Shown piece after piece: positions 22,860 through 36,154 of a stretch of 64,000 nucleotides of DNA. The translations under genes were made by a program, and so were the position numbers. A model generated the notes under the pieces. The model saw only the letters and a list, made by a program, of their open reading frames with translations. It had not been told where the DNA came from and did no database searches. Position 1 is the stretch's first letter; each line of letters starts with the position of its first letter. The stretch is from Mobula hypostoma (Eukaryota): assembly GCF_963921235.1 (NCBI RefSeq), contig NC_086108.1, forward strand, positions 85,872,001-85,936,000. The letters are read 5' to 3'.

Positions 22860-25135
22860 TCGGAGGAGACATCATATGTATGTCAACTCTGACAGAGTTT
22901 GCAGGCCATTGCCTCCTACAGAGCAAAACACAGCATCATGAATGGCAGTGATGCTTCAGTCCCAGACGAGATCAACGCCTCTTATGCTTGCTTTGAAAGG
23001 GAGAATAAAACTACAGCTAAAAGGATCCCTGCAGCACCTTGTTACCCTGTGATCTCTGTCTCAAAGGCCGACTTTCAACAGGATGAACCTTCGCAATGCA
23101 CCAGGCCCTGATGGAGTACCTGGTAAGGCTCTGAAAACCTGTGCCAACCAATTGGCAGGGTTGATCAAAAGCATTTTCAAACTCTTGTTGCTACAGTCAG
23201 AAATTCCCAGCTGCTTCAAAAGGGCAACAATTATACCAGTCCCCAAGAAGTGCAGGGCAATCTGCCTTAATGACTTTCATCCAGAGCACTCACGTCTATG
23301 GTGGTGAAGTGCTTTGAGAGGTTGGTCATAACTAGAATCAACTCCTGCCTCAGCAAAGTCCTGGACCCACTGCGATTTGCCTATTGCCACAATAGGTCTA
23401 TGACGGACATGAACTCATTGGCTTTCGACACGGTCTTCGATCACCTGGACAACACAAATGACTGTATCAGTATGCTGTTTATTTACCACAGCTCAGCATT
23501 TAACACCAACATTCCTACAATTCTGATTGAATAACTTCAAAATCTGGGCCTCTGTACCTCCTTCTGCCACTGGACCCTTGGCTTCCTAACCAGAAGACCA
23601 CCATATGCGTGCATTGGATATAACGTCTCCCACTCGCAGACAGTCAACACTCACGGACGTGTGCTTAGCCCACTGCTCTACTCTCTTTACACCCATGACT
23701 ATGTGGCAAGGCACAGCTCAAATCCCATCTGTAAATTTGCTGACAATACAATGTTACGTACCCCGTAACTGGGTTGCCAAACCAGCAGAAATGGATCACT
23801 CAGTTGGAGTCTGGAGTACTAGAACTAAGAAAGTTTTATTAAAGAAACAAGCAACACAGTAATCGAAAGGATAATAAATGCAACAGTTCAGCGATGATAA
23901 ACACACATGTGCACAGAATTAAGATAACAGCATCAATCAAGCTCTATCGTTGTCTAGGGGTAAATGACCAAATTTAAAAGTGACTCAAAGTTCAGTCCAG
24001 TTAGTAGTTCAGTTCGCAGTAATCGTTGCCATGGATGGACAATGTGGGGGAAGAGAGACAGAGAACAGGAACAACTGATCATTCAGAACACTGCTTCACT
24101 CACAGACCGGCGAGATGGCTCACAAGCAACTTTTGGGCGGGTCCTTGGTGATGTCACCTGAGGTCACCGACTGTGACCCCTCCTCCAGATGCGGTCGATC
24201 CTCTGCAGTGAACCCGGCACCCAGGCAAGGGCGGACACACACCGGGTTCCCACTGATCGTACCTTTCCACCCTGTGCGTTGTCCGGTACTTCTCACCACT
24301 CATGAGAGGCGTACCGCTTCCAGGGTCTCGTTACCTCGGGTGGCGTGTGTCCCTGTCTTAGCGAACCTGTCCCTTTTTATCCCCCTGCTGGGGCATTGCC
24401 TGTCCATCACTTCAAACAGTTCAGGGTTCAAAGGGGAAGCCGCTCCAGACAGCTCTCTCTCTCCCACGTCCCTTCATTACACATCTCCAGACGCTGCTCC
24501 ATTGTTCCTTATCTCTCCTTCCCCTGAGGGCAGGTGGCAGACCAACTGCTGATGCCACTGATGCTAGCCCAGGCCAGCAAACATCTTAATTTTATGTGTA
24601 TTCTCGTAACAACAACCATTGTGGAGAGCATTCTAACTGGCTGCATCACCAAGATGGTATGGAGGGGCCAAAGAAAAGCTGCAGGAAGTTGTAAACTCAG
24701 CCAGCTCAATCATTGGCACTTGTGTCCTCAGCATCAAGGACACCCTCAAAAGGCAATGACTCAGAAAGGTGGTGTCCGCCTAAGGACCTCCACCTGCCAG
24801 GATATGGCCTCTTCTCATTGCAATTATCAGGAAAGAGGTAAAATAGCCTGAAGGCAGACACTCAATGATCCAGGAACAGATTCTCCCCCTCTGCCATCCG
24901 ATTTCTGAATGGATATTGAACCCATGAACACTACCTCACTACTTTTTTTGAAATTTCCTATTTTTGCATTACTTATTTTATTTAGTTATTTAATGTATTT
25001 ATATACTTACAATAATTCACACATTTCTTTTTCTCGCTGTTATCGTACATTGCATTGCACTGCTGCAGCAAAGTTAGCAAATTTCATGACATATGCCAGT
25101 GATATTAAACCTGATTATGAAGCTGATTCTGATTC
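22860..25135 (+). mobile_element. Rex1/Babar LINE RT plus 3' end, interrupted by a solo LTR
   Basis: APGPDGVPGKALKTCANQL, IIPVPKK, LDPLRFAY; GATTCT tail. Confidence 0.92.
23752..24611 (-). mobile_element. Solo LTR (860 bp), probably Gypsy
   Basis: Perfect inverted ends TGTTACG...CGTAACA; exact 4-bp TSD ACAA (23748-23751, 24612-24615); minus-strand AATAAA near 23835 and GATAAAAAG TATA-like motif near 24375. Confidence 0.9.
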
Positions 25136-25147
25136 GAAAGAGTTTGA

Positions 25148-25245
25148 TATACAAAAGGCTGGAGGAACTCAGCAGGTCAGGCAACACCTAAGGAAAGGAA
25201 TAAAGAGTTGATGGTTCAGGCCAAGACCCCTCATTAGGACTTGGG
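25148..25245 (-). mobile_element. Penelope terminal-repeat fragment
   Basis: GCTGGAGGAACTCAGCAGGTCAGGCA motif plus decayed hammerhead core. Confidence 0.8.
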
Positions 25246-25689
25246 TGTTTATGAAATGAAGAGTTGTTTGACTTATAGGATGAAATTGACTGAACAAAAT
25301 TTTTTAGATGATTATTTTAAAATTAATATTGGCTTTACAGACAGCAGCAGCATTTGAGTGAAAATGAGAGATATTCTGAGATAGTTGCTTGCCAGTGGAT
25401 AAGGAACGGCAATGTGCCTACAAATTTGACTTTTTTTGGCACATGAAATGGATAGTGCATTCATGCCAGACTGGAGATAATAAAAAATAGAAAATCCCTC
25501 CTGACAGGAATGGGTTTCTTGGTCTGCACTACTTCAGTGGCATTAAAACCCAACCTGCGTGTTTTACAGATGCTTCAGTTGTTTAGGAAAGTTGGTGTTG
25601 CATGACTTACACAATAACGTGAACCAGATCATCGTAGGATGCCACAGAGATGAGGGTGAAGAGGGTTTGAGAATCACGGAAAACAGAAG

Positions 25690-26160
25690 CAGGAGAGTAT
25701 CAAATGAGTTAGGAGAAAATTTACAAGGATGCTGCCAAGACTAGTGAAGGGGAAAGGTTGAATAGGTGAGGACTATTCTATGGAGCATGGAAGAATAAGT
25801 GGGGGGGGATTTGATAGACATAGATAAAAATTATGGGGGGGTATAGATATGGAGGTAAATGCAAACAGGCTTTTTTTTGCACTGAGGTTGGGTGAGACTA
25901 GAACTAGAAGTCATGGGTTAAGTGTGAAATGTGAAACAAAGGAACATGAGAGGGAAATTCTTCACTAAGAGCGCGGTGAGAGTGTGGAACAAGCTGCCAG
26001 CTGAAATGGTGGTTGCGAGTTTGACCGCAACATTTAAGAAAAGTTTGGATAACTACATGGATGGGAGGCATATGGAGGGCTGTGGTCCAAGTGCAGGTCG
26101 AGGGGACTAGGCAAAACTATGGACTAGATGGGCCGAAGGCTGTGCTGTATGACTTTATGA
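25690..26160 (+). mobile_element. CR1 3' end
   Basis: KFFTKSAVRVWNKLP; 3' UTR ATGGGCCGAAGG. Confidence 0.85.
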
Positions 26161-27516
26161 GAGGCATGTGAGAGAGAATATGTTAAGGGAAAAAAATAGA
26201 GGAATGTGATTGATGGGATTGCTAACATAGACATAACTGAATGAATGTTGTCCTTCTACAGTACATGGTGAAAACATATGAGAAGAAATGTGAATGAAGT
26301 GAGCATGGGAGGGTATGAAGTTTCAGTGGGTTAGATCCCATATAGAGTGAACTGATAGTACTTATTGATTGCAGGTAGCCCCAGCACTCTGCAGTTAACA
26401 TTGGGTCCACAGACCAAAGGCTCCGTGGACCATAGTTATCAGCTTGATGCTTCTAGAGTTCTAGGGGATGGGATTACTCTAATTCACATATTGTTCACCA
26501 GTTTCGGCATGATACCCCTGATTTTATTGCAAGTTATTTCTGATGGTTGCAAGCTACAAAGATTTAATTCAATTTCTGTTGTGAACTAGTTAAAACAAGC
26601 TTCAAGCATCAAAGACATCATCATATGTGAGAGGTTTTATCACAAGAAGACATTACATGTGTCAAGATGGGTCACCGTTGGCCCAATTTTCCATGTGCTA
26701 GATTTAACAGGAAATGGATGCAAGGACTTCGGAATTGATGCAAAATTCTGATCACACACAATTTAAAAAAGGGACTGCTCCAAATACGTCCATTTTCTCA
26801 GCAGTGGTGTTTTGATGTACTTTGTGAAAATAATACTGTTCTGTTGGAGAAGGAGCTGGATACTCAACAGTTAAAAAAGTCTATTCACCTTATATCGATC
26901 TACTGGTGTGCAATCAGTTAGTGGAGCCTGCAATAGGAGAAGGAAATGAAGTTGTCAAGTCTTCCTTCTAATAATGTGGTTGAAAATCTGACCTGGATAT
27001 TCTGCAGAATTCCACCTTTTGAACTGAGGATGCAAAAATTTAATTAGAGGTTTGAGTTATGTACATGCGGTCAAACTGTTGTTCCCAGAGTATCCATTAA
27101 ACATAAATATTTTACTTTCGGACTTGAATTCAATATACATTTTAAACCTAAACCAAACCAATTTGTTGAATTCAATAATCGTCAATGTTAGAAGGACTGT
27201 ACTCAATTCCTGATGTGATGGAAACAGACACAAAGAGATTGAAATGCCACCAGAGATGAATTATCGATATTTGTCATATGTCATGTACACATTATTTGGA
27301 AGCAACACAGCTTGTATTTATATTGTGACTTCAACACAAGAGAACATTGAAAAATTCTTCACAGAAATGTGATTAAGCAAAATATGAATACAAGTCTTTC
27401 ACTGAGGTACCTGGACAGATGACAAAATTCTTGGTCAAATTGTATACCCTAAAAAAAGGGTGAGGAGCAGAGAATGTCAAGGACAGAACATCAGAACTTA
27501 TGACCTTGGTGGTCAT

Positions 27517-27600
27517 AAGGTTCTCAGTCAAAACTTTGACTGTCTATTCCCTTCCATAGATGCTGCCTGACTTGCTGAGCTCCTCCAGCATTTTGTTTGC
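27517..27600 (+). mobile_element. Penelope terminal-repeat fragment
   Basis: CCATAGATGCTGCCTGACTTGCTGAGCTCCTCCAGCATTTTG. Confidence 0.8.
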
Positions 27601-28104
27601 CCTGCTAGTAATGATCAGCGTTCAGATTACATGGATTAATGTTGGTCTTTTATTTGAATCCAAAGGTAGAATGCTCCTCTTCCAATCGGGTTAATGGTCT
27701 TTTGCATGGCTACCAAATGCAAGCTGAGCTCAAGTATAATGAATTCCATGCTGCTTTGAAAGTTAATCATTGAATATGCCATCTGTGCTGTGTTTACTGT
27801 GTACAGCATTTAATCACTAATTTGAGCCGCCTTTTCCTGAGGAATGAGTCAATGTGGTGCCTGACTCCTGAGTACCAGCGAAGCTGGCGAGGATTCAGTT
27901 TGTCCTTCGTCTTGTGCTGAATCACCCTGTGTAATTGCTTTCGTCTTATGTTATGATTATGTTTACAGACTGGGCTTGTTTGCTTTCCAGAACAGCAATC
28001 GCATTTTTTTCTGAGGTGACCTGTTCGATTGAACATCATGTAGGGAGGGGAGGTTTGTTTCACCTGTGGCAATTCGGCTGTAGGTGCCATGTAGTTGGAG
28101 CATA

Positions 28105-28545
28105 TTGTATAGTCATAGAGCACTACACCACAGAAACAGGCCCATTGACCCATCTCGTCCGTGTAACCCTGATCTTCTACCTAGTTCCATCTACCACTCC
28201 CCTATCCAGACTTCTGTTGAATGTCACAATTGAACCCACATCTATCACTTCCTCTGGCAGCTCATTTGATACTGGAACCAACCTCTGAGTTAGAAATTCC
28301 TCTTTAACATTTCATATTTCACCCTGAACGTTTGATCTCTGGTACCAGTCTCAGCTAATCCCTCTGGAGATAGTCTGCATTCATTCACCCTATCTAGACC
28401 CCTCATAATTTTGTATGCCTCTGTAAGATCTCTCCTCATTCGCCAGTGCTCCACATAATAAAGTCCTAACCTATTCAACATTTCCTTTTAACTCAGATCG
28501 ACGTTATTGTGAATTTTCTCTGCACTCTTTCAAGCTTATTGAAAG
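28105..28545 (-). mobile_element. CR1 3' end
   Basis: LNRLGLY..RMRRDLTEAYKIMRGLDRV. Confidence 0.85.
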
Positions 28546-28569
28546 CTTGAATTGAATTATTGTGAAAGC

Positions 28570-29330
28570 CTGAAGAAGCGACTTGGATCCGTTCCATTAC
28601 AACAGGTCAGCAGCAGATGATATTTCATTGGCTCACTCAGCCGTGGAGTATCTGGACAGCGAAGATGCATACATCAGGATGCTCTTCATTGACTACAGCT
28701 TGGCATTCAATGCTGTCATCCCCTCAAAACTAACCAATAAGCTTCATGTCCTCGACCTAATACCTCCTTGTTCATCTGGATCCTTGATTTCCTCACTTGC
28801 AGATCCCAGTCAGTTTAGGTTGGTAACAACATTTTCCCCACAATCTCCGTCAGCACGTGTGCACCACAAGGCTGTGTGCTTCGCCTCCTACTCTACTCAC
28901 TTTACACTTATGACTGTGAGGCTAAGCACAGGTCCACTGTCATATTTATATTTGCTGATGACACCACTGTTACTGGCCGTATCAAAGGTGGTGATGAATC
29001 AGCATGTAGGAGGGAAATTGAAAACCTGGCCAAGTGGTACCACAACAACAACCTCTCACTCAATGTCAGCAAGACAAGGAGCTGATTATTGATTTCAGGA
29101 GGGGAAAACTGGAGGTCCATGAGCCAGTCCTCATTGAGTGATCAGAAACGGAGAGGGTTACCAACTTTAAATTCCTCAGTGTTATAATTTCAAAGAATCT
29201 GTCCTGGTTCAGCATGTAGGTGCCAATAGGAAGAAAGCATGGCAGTGTCTTTACTTTCTTACAAGTTTATGAAGGTTTGCCACATCATCTAAAATTTCGA
29301 CAAACTTCTATAAATGTAGAATGGAGAATT
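28570..29330 (+). mobile_element. Rex1/Babar RT fragment
   Basis: YIRMLFIDYSLAFN, FIFADDTTV, LNVSKT. Confidence 0.9.
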
Positions 29331-29379
29331 TCAAAGACCCTTAACTATCTTTATCATGATTTTGAGTCAGATCTTATGA

Positions 29380-29870
29380 CACATAAGAACAGAAGATGAT
29401 AGGAGCAGGAGTTGACCTCCTTATACCTGCCCAGCTGTTCAATAGAATCATGGCTGATCTACTCTTGACTTCAATTCCTACTCTGTACCAGTTCCCAATT
29501 ACCTCAAGGCCCTGATCATTCAAAAACTTATCCATCTCCACTTTAAATACCTTTAATGCATTTGTCTCTACCATTCTCTGGGGCAAAGAATTCTAGAGAC
29601 TTACTCTCTGCATGAAGAAATTACAATGTACTTTAGTTTTATACATCCCATCCTTACCTTGAAACTTTGTCCCTTTGCTTGAGACTCTTTTGTGGCCCGC
29701 TTTGGGATCCTAAATACTTCAATGAGATTCCTACTCATTCTTCTCAACCTAAAAGAATTCAAATCAAAATTGTCTAGCTTCTCTTAATAGTACAACATTT
29801 TGATCCCAAGAATTAGCTAAGTGAAACCATTTTGGACTCTTCCAATTCTACTGCAGTCTTCCTTATAACT
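29380..29870 (-). mobile_element. Old CR1 3' fragment
   Basis: LPQRMVETNALKVFKVEMDKFL and CR1-type 3' UTR. Confidence 0.75.
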
Positions 29871-29982
29871 ATGTCCTTAATAATTAAAGACTACTCAGCT
29901 AAGGTAATCATCCTCAGAACATTCACCCTCTCAAAACCCATTAGGGAATTATCTTTCATTCTAAACTTCCAGAGATTATAGG

Positions 29983-32890
29983 ATCATAAGACTATAAGAC
30001 ATAGGAGCAGAATTACGCCATTAAGCCTATCGAGTCTGCTCTGGCATTCAATCATGGCTGAACCTTTTTTTCCTTCCTCAGTTCTACTCCCTAGCCTTCT
30101 CCCTGTAACCTTTGATGTTGTGGCCAATAATGAACATGTTAACCTCTGCCTTGAATACGCCCAATGACCCAATGACCAAATGGCTTGGCCTCCTGTGGTA
30201 ACAAATTCCACAAATTCACCATCCTTTGGCTAAAGAAATTTCTCCACTTCTCCGTTTTAAATGGACGCCCCTCTATCCTGAGGCTGTGTTCTCTTGTCCT
30301 AGACTCCCCCACCATGGGAAGCATCCTTTCCACATCTATTCTGTCTTGACCTTTCAACATTCGAAAAGTTTCAATGAGATCCCCCCTCATCCTTCTAAAT
30401 TCCAGTAAGTACAGGCTCAGAGCCATCAGGTGCTCCTCATATGATAACCCTTTCATTCCCAGAATCATCCTTGAGAACCTCCTCTGAACCCTCTCCAAGG
30501 CCAGCACATCTTTTATCAGATAAGGAGCCCAAAACCATTCACAATACTCAAGGTGAAGCCTCACCAGTGCCTTATACCCCTGCTCATATTCTAGATCTCT
30601 TGAAATGAATGCTAACCTTGCATTTGCCTTCCTCACCACTGCCTTAACCCTAGAATCAGGATCAGAATCAGGTTTATTATCACTGACATGGGTCATGAAA
30701 TTTGTTAACTCAGCAGCAGCAGTTCAATGCTATACATAATATAGAAGAAGAAAAAAAAGATAAAAATAATAATAAATAAATAACTCAATTACAGAATATG
30801 TATAATGAATAGATTAAAATTGTGCAAAGCAGAAATAATATATATTTAAAAAGTGAGGTTGTGTTCATGGGACTAATGTCCCTTTAGGAATTGGATGCAG
30901 AGGGAACGAAGCTGTTTTTGAGTCGCCGAGTGTGTGCCTTCACGCTTCTGTACCTCCTACCTGATGGTAACAGTGAGGAAAGAGCATGCCCTGCAAGCTA
31001 ACCTTTAGGGTGTTCTGCACAAGGACTCCCAAGCCCCATTGCATCTCAGATTTTTGGATTTTTCTCCCCGTTTAGAAAATAGTCTGCACATTTATTTCTT
31101 CTATCAAAGAACATGACTTTGCATTTTCCAACATTGTATTTTATTTATCACTTTCTTACCCACTCTCCTAATCTGTCTAAGTATTTCTGCAGCCTTCCTG
31201 CTTCATCAACAGTACCTGCCCCTCAACCAATCTTCATATCATCTGAAAACATTGCAAAAAAGCCATCTATTCCATCATCTAACTCATTGATATACAGCAT
31301 AACAAGTAGTGGTCCATACACCGACCCCTGCAGAAAACCACTGGTCATTGGCAGCTAATCAGAAAAGGATCCTTTTATTCTCACTCATCTCTCCTACCAA
31401 TCAGCCAATACTCTAACCATGCCAGTATCTTTCCTGTAATATCATGGTAAGCAGCCTCATGTGTGGTACCCTGTCAAAGGCCTTCTGAAAGTCCCATATA
31501 TAGAACATCCACAGAATCCCCTTTATCTATCCTAATTGTAATCTCTTCAAAGAATTCCAGCAGGTTCATCAGGCAAGCTTTTCACTTAAGGAAACAATGC
31601 TGACTTTGTCCTATCTTGTCCTGTGTCACCAAGTACTCCATAACATTAACAAATGACTCCAACATCTTCCCAACCATGGAGGTCAGGCTAACTGGTCTAT
31701 GATTTCCTTTCTGCTGCCTCCCTCCTTTCTTAAAGAGTGGAGTGACATTTGCAATTTTCCAGTCCTCCGGAACCATGCCGGTGTCCAATGATTTTTGAAA
31801 GATCATTGCTAATGCCAAATTTCAAGTTGAACTCAATCATATTGTGATCACTGGCTCCTAAGGGTTCCTTTACTTTAAGCTCCCTAATCATCTCCAGTTC
31901 AAAATTACATAACACCTCATCCAGTATAGCTGATCACATAGTAGTCTCAATGACAAACTGCCCTGAAAAGCCACCTCAGAGGCATTCAACAAATTCATTC
32001 TCTTGGGATCCATTACCAATCCAATTTTCTCAATATACCTGCATGTTAAAATCTGCCATGACTATAATAACACAGTCCTTTTGACACATAGTTGCTATTT
32101 CCTTTTATAATCTGTAGTCCACATCCCAGCTACTGTTTGGAGGCCTGTATATAACTTCCATCAGGGTCCTTTTATACTGCAGTTTATTAACCTACAAGGA
32201 TTCAACATCTTCCAATTCTATGTCACATCTTTCTAATGATTTGATGCCATTCTTTATCAGTGGAGCCACACTAACCACCTTCCCCCCACTCCACACCTAC
32301 CTTCCTAACCCTCCAATATAATGTGTAACCTCAGCTCCCAACTACAACCACCCTTCAGGCACAATTCAGTGATGGCTACAACGCCATACCTGGCAATCTG
32401 TAAAAATGCAACAAGATCATCTACCTTATTTCTTATACTCCACCCATTAAGCTACAACACTTTGAGTACTGTATTTGCTACACTTACTGTTTCTGCATCC
32501 CTAATGCACTGATACTCACCCTGCTGGCTGCAATTTTGTCCTATCATCTGCCTGCCCTTCCTGACAGTCTGACTGCACACAATCTTTGTATTTGTTTACC
32601 ATCCGTCCTCCCCTGAATCCCTTCACTCGGTTTCCCATCCCCTTGCCAAATTAGTTTAAACCATCCCCAACAGCTCTAGCAAACCTGCCTGCTAGAATAT
32701 TGGTCCCTCTCAGGTTCAGGTGCAACCTGTATAAGTCATGCCTCCCCCAGAAGAGATCCCAGTGATCCAAGAACCTGAAGCCCTGCCCTCTGCACCAGCT
32801 TCTCAGCCGTGCATTTATCTGCCTCTTCATCCTGTTTCTACCCTCACTGGTGCATGGCACAAGTAGCAATCCAGAAATTACTACCCCAGA
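29983..32890 (-). mobile_element. CR1 LINE (ORF1 end plus deleted ORF2 to 3' tail), with a Rex1 3' end inserted at ~30651-30995
   Basis: ORF1 end RFLDHWDLFWGR..LHLN..FARAVGDGLN*; PEDWKIANVTPLFKKG; LVRLHLEYC. Confidence 0.92.
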
Positions 32891-33329
32891 TTACAGCCTT
32901 ATTTTGCTAATCTTTTGTTAGACGATAACTCCCTCATAGGTGAGGCTTCATTGAGCTTTATCGGAGACAAGTAAGTATGTCCTCCTCTCCTTCAGAACAA
33001 AACTGCACATAATAATCTATTCCAAGTCATCCACTATGTGAGGAAATATAAGCTATTGGGTATTGCATTTGAAAGTACTGAGTTTTCTCTGGGTGAGAAT
33101 GGGGGCGCATACTGTATCTTTCTTACTTATGGACTGCAGTGTACCATGTCCCTGAACTGTTGAAGCTCCTCCACATTACTAAATGGAACATTAAACAGGC
33201 AGTAATCATGTCAGAAAGTTGATTCTTCACAATAGCAATATTATTTCATAAACCAGCCCTGAAAATGCTGTAATCTGCAATATAATCATGAACAAAATGT
33301 ATCAATGTGCAGAAGTTGATGAGAGACTG

Positions 33330-36030
33330 GAAATGAGAGGCTGGAAAGTGATGCAGAAGTCAGGGACAGCAAGTTCAGTAGGTATGACAGGCAGGCAGGA
33401 GGATAACGAGGAGTGAGGAAATCCTGTTGGATTCAATTGCATTTATTTCACTGCAAAAAAGTCGACTGGCAAGGTGGATGAAGTAATAGCTTGTAATTGT
33501 ACATGGGTATATGCCTAATGGAGAGACAGGATTGGCATCTTAATGTGCCAGGGTATAAAACTGCCCTTTAGGTATCTTATGCAGGATCGAGGCAGACAAC
33601 AGAGGAGCAGTCGGAGCTGAAATAATCCAGTGAGGCTATGTGAGTAGTAGGTAGGTAGACAAATCTTCAGGGCCTGATGAGGTACATCCAAGTGCACCAT
33701 GGGAGGTCAGAGGAGAAACTGCAAGCTGAGGCATTAGCCACGAGTGAGGTGTCAATAGACTGGAAAGCAGTAAATGTTGTGTCTTGATTTAAAAAAGTGT
33801 GTCAAAGAAAAACCTTGGAACTGTAGGAGAGTAAGTTTAAAATATGTGGTAGATAAGTCACTGGAGAGGATTCAGATTGACAAAATATATGCATAACTGG
33901 AGAGACCGGGGTTCATTGGAGGAGGTGAGCATGGGTTTGTGCATGGAAATTCAAGTCCTACGAACATGACTTCTTTTTGATGAAGTGACCAAGACAGCTG
34001 ATGAAAGCAGGGCAGTAGATGTGGATTTCATTAAAGCCTTTGATAAGGTTCTCCACGATAGGGCAGAGCAGTAGATGTGGTCTTCAGTAAAGCCTTTGAT
34101 AAGGTTCCACATGATAGGTTGCTCTGAAAGGTTAGATCGCATAGAATCTAGGGACAGGGAGAAGGAGTGAATTGGATACACAATTGGCTTGATGGTAGAA
34201 ACCTAAAAGAAATGGTGGAATACAAGAGATTCTGCAGATTATGGAAATTCAGAACAACACATACAAAATGCTAACGGAACTCAGCAGGTCAGGCAGCATC
34301 TATGGAAATGAGTAATCAGTTGACGTGCTCAGCTGAGAACCTTCATCAGGACTGGAAAGGAAGGTGCCAGAATAAGATGGGGGAGGGGAAGGAGTAGAAG
34401 ATTGTGATAGGTGAAGACGAGTGTATGGAAAAGGACTGGGAGGTGATAGGTGGAAAAGGTAAACAGGCTGGAGAAGAAGAATCTGATAGTGGAGGAGAAT
34501 GAACCATGGTAGAAAAGGAAGGTGAGCAGTTTCAGCAGTTCAGGGGGGAAGTGATAGGCAGTTGAGGACAAGAGATAACATAAGGGTCAGAGTAGGGAAA
34601 TAAAGAAAAGAGAAATAGGAGATAAAGATAATTCACTAGAAGTTGGAGAAATCGATGTTCATGCCATCAGGTTGGAGATTACTTAGACCAAATATAAGGT
34701 GCTGCTCCTCCAACCTGAGAATGGCCTCATCATGGCAGGGAAGGAGGCCGTGGACCGATGTGTTGGAAATAAAATGGTTGGCCACTGGGAAACCCCACCT
34801 TTTGCAGAGGGAGTGAAGGTGCTCTACAAAGCGATTCCCCCAGTCTTCATTGGTCTACAATATAGAGAGGCCTCACCAAGAGCACTGTATATAGTAGATG
34901 ATCTCACAGATTTGCAGGTGAAGTGTTGCCTCACATAGAAGGACAGTTTGAAGCTTTGATGCAGGTGAGGGAGCAGGTGAATGGGCAAGTGTAGATACAG
35001 GTGCAGGTGATGATGGAAGTTTGCTTCTCAGATACGAGGTCTTTGACAAGTGGTGTGCCTCAGGGTGCTGGGCCCATTGTTTATCATCTATACCAACAAT
35101 TTGGATAAGAATGTACAAGGCATGGTTTGTAAGTTTGCAGACATAAATAGGTGGTAGAGTGAACAATGAAGAAGGTAATCAAAGATTACAGAGGGGATCT
35201 TAATCAGCTGAATAAGTGGGCTAAGAAACGCAAATGAAATTTAATTTGGGAAAGTATGAGGTGTTATAGTTTGGAAAGATAGGTACAGATTGGAATTGTA
35301 CAGAGAATGAAAGGGCCCTGGGAGCTGTGGAAGAATAGAGGGACCTTGGAGTATAATTAAATATTTCACTGAACCTGGAGCGATAGATAGACATAGTGGT
35401 GAAGCACACTGGCTTTCATAATAAGGGCATAGAGCATAAAAGTTTGAAGAGAGGTCATGTTAGAATTGTCCAGGACAGGAGTGAGGTTGCACTTGGTGTG
35501 TGAGTACAGTTTTCATTGCCTTGCTATAGGAAAGATGTTATTAAATGAGAAAGAGTGCAGAAAGGATTTACAAAACTCTGCTGGGACACAAGGGACAGTT
35601 ATAGGGAGATATTGCAGAGACTAGGACTTTATTCCTTGGACAGAGTAGGAGACAGAGTTGATCTTACAGAAGTGTATAAAATCATGAAGGGTTAGACTGG
35701 GTGAATGTACTCAGTCATTTTCCCAGAACTGGGAACTGGAGGGCACAGATTTAAGTGAGCGGGGAAAAATTTAGTAGGAACTCGAGGGGCAACAACTTTA
35801 TGTGAAGAGAGGTATGTGTTTGGAATGAGTTGCTAGAAGAATTGGTTGAGGCAGGTGCAATGATAACTTTTAAAAGTCAACTGGAGAGGTTAAAAATTGG
35901 GAAAGGCTTAGAAAGTTATGGGCCAATGCTGGCAAATAGGATTAGCTTGGATGGGGCATCTCGGTCAGCTTGGATCAGTTGGGCTGAAGATCCTGAGTTT
36001 TCATGTTGTATGACTCTATGTCTCTAAGTT
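33330..36030 (+). mobile_element. Heavily deleted CR1 ORF2
   Basis: Scattered EN/RT motifs (KAFDKVPH, present twice at 34010-34117) and 3' UTR; split by a Penelope insert. Confidence 0.8.
34221..35005 (-). mobile_element. Penelope-like element 3' portion
   Basis: FTCKSVRSSTIYSA, LEEQHLIFGLSNLQPDGMNIDFSNF; terminal repeat with CTGATGA. Confidence 0.9.
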
Positions 36031-36154
36031 CAACCTCAAACATTTCAAATAATTTTCTTTCACCAGCATTAGAAAGTCAACCTCCAAAATAGTTCATTGC
36101 TTGCAGAGAAATCAAAGCTTTCAGATCTAGGAATCAAGATAAGATTGTGGTCTA

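Noticed and set aside
24115..24552. 145-aa ORF
   Set aside because: Lies wholly in a GC-richer solo LTR, antisense to its orientation, with no domain
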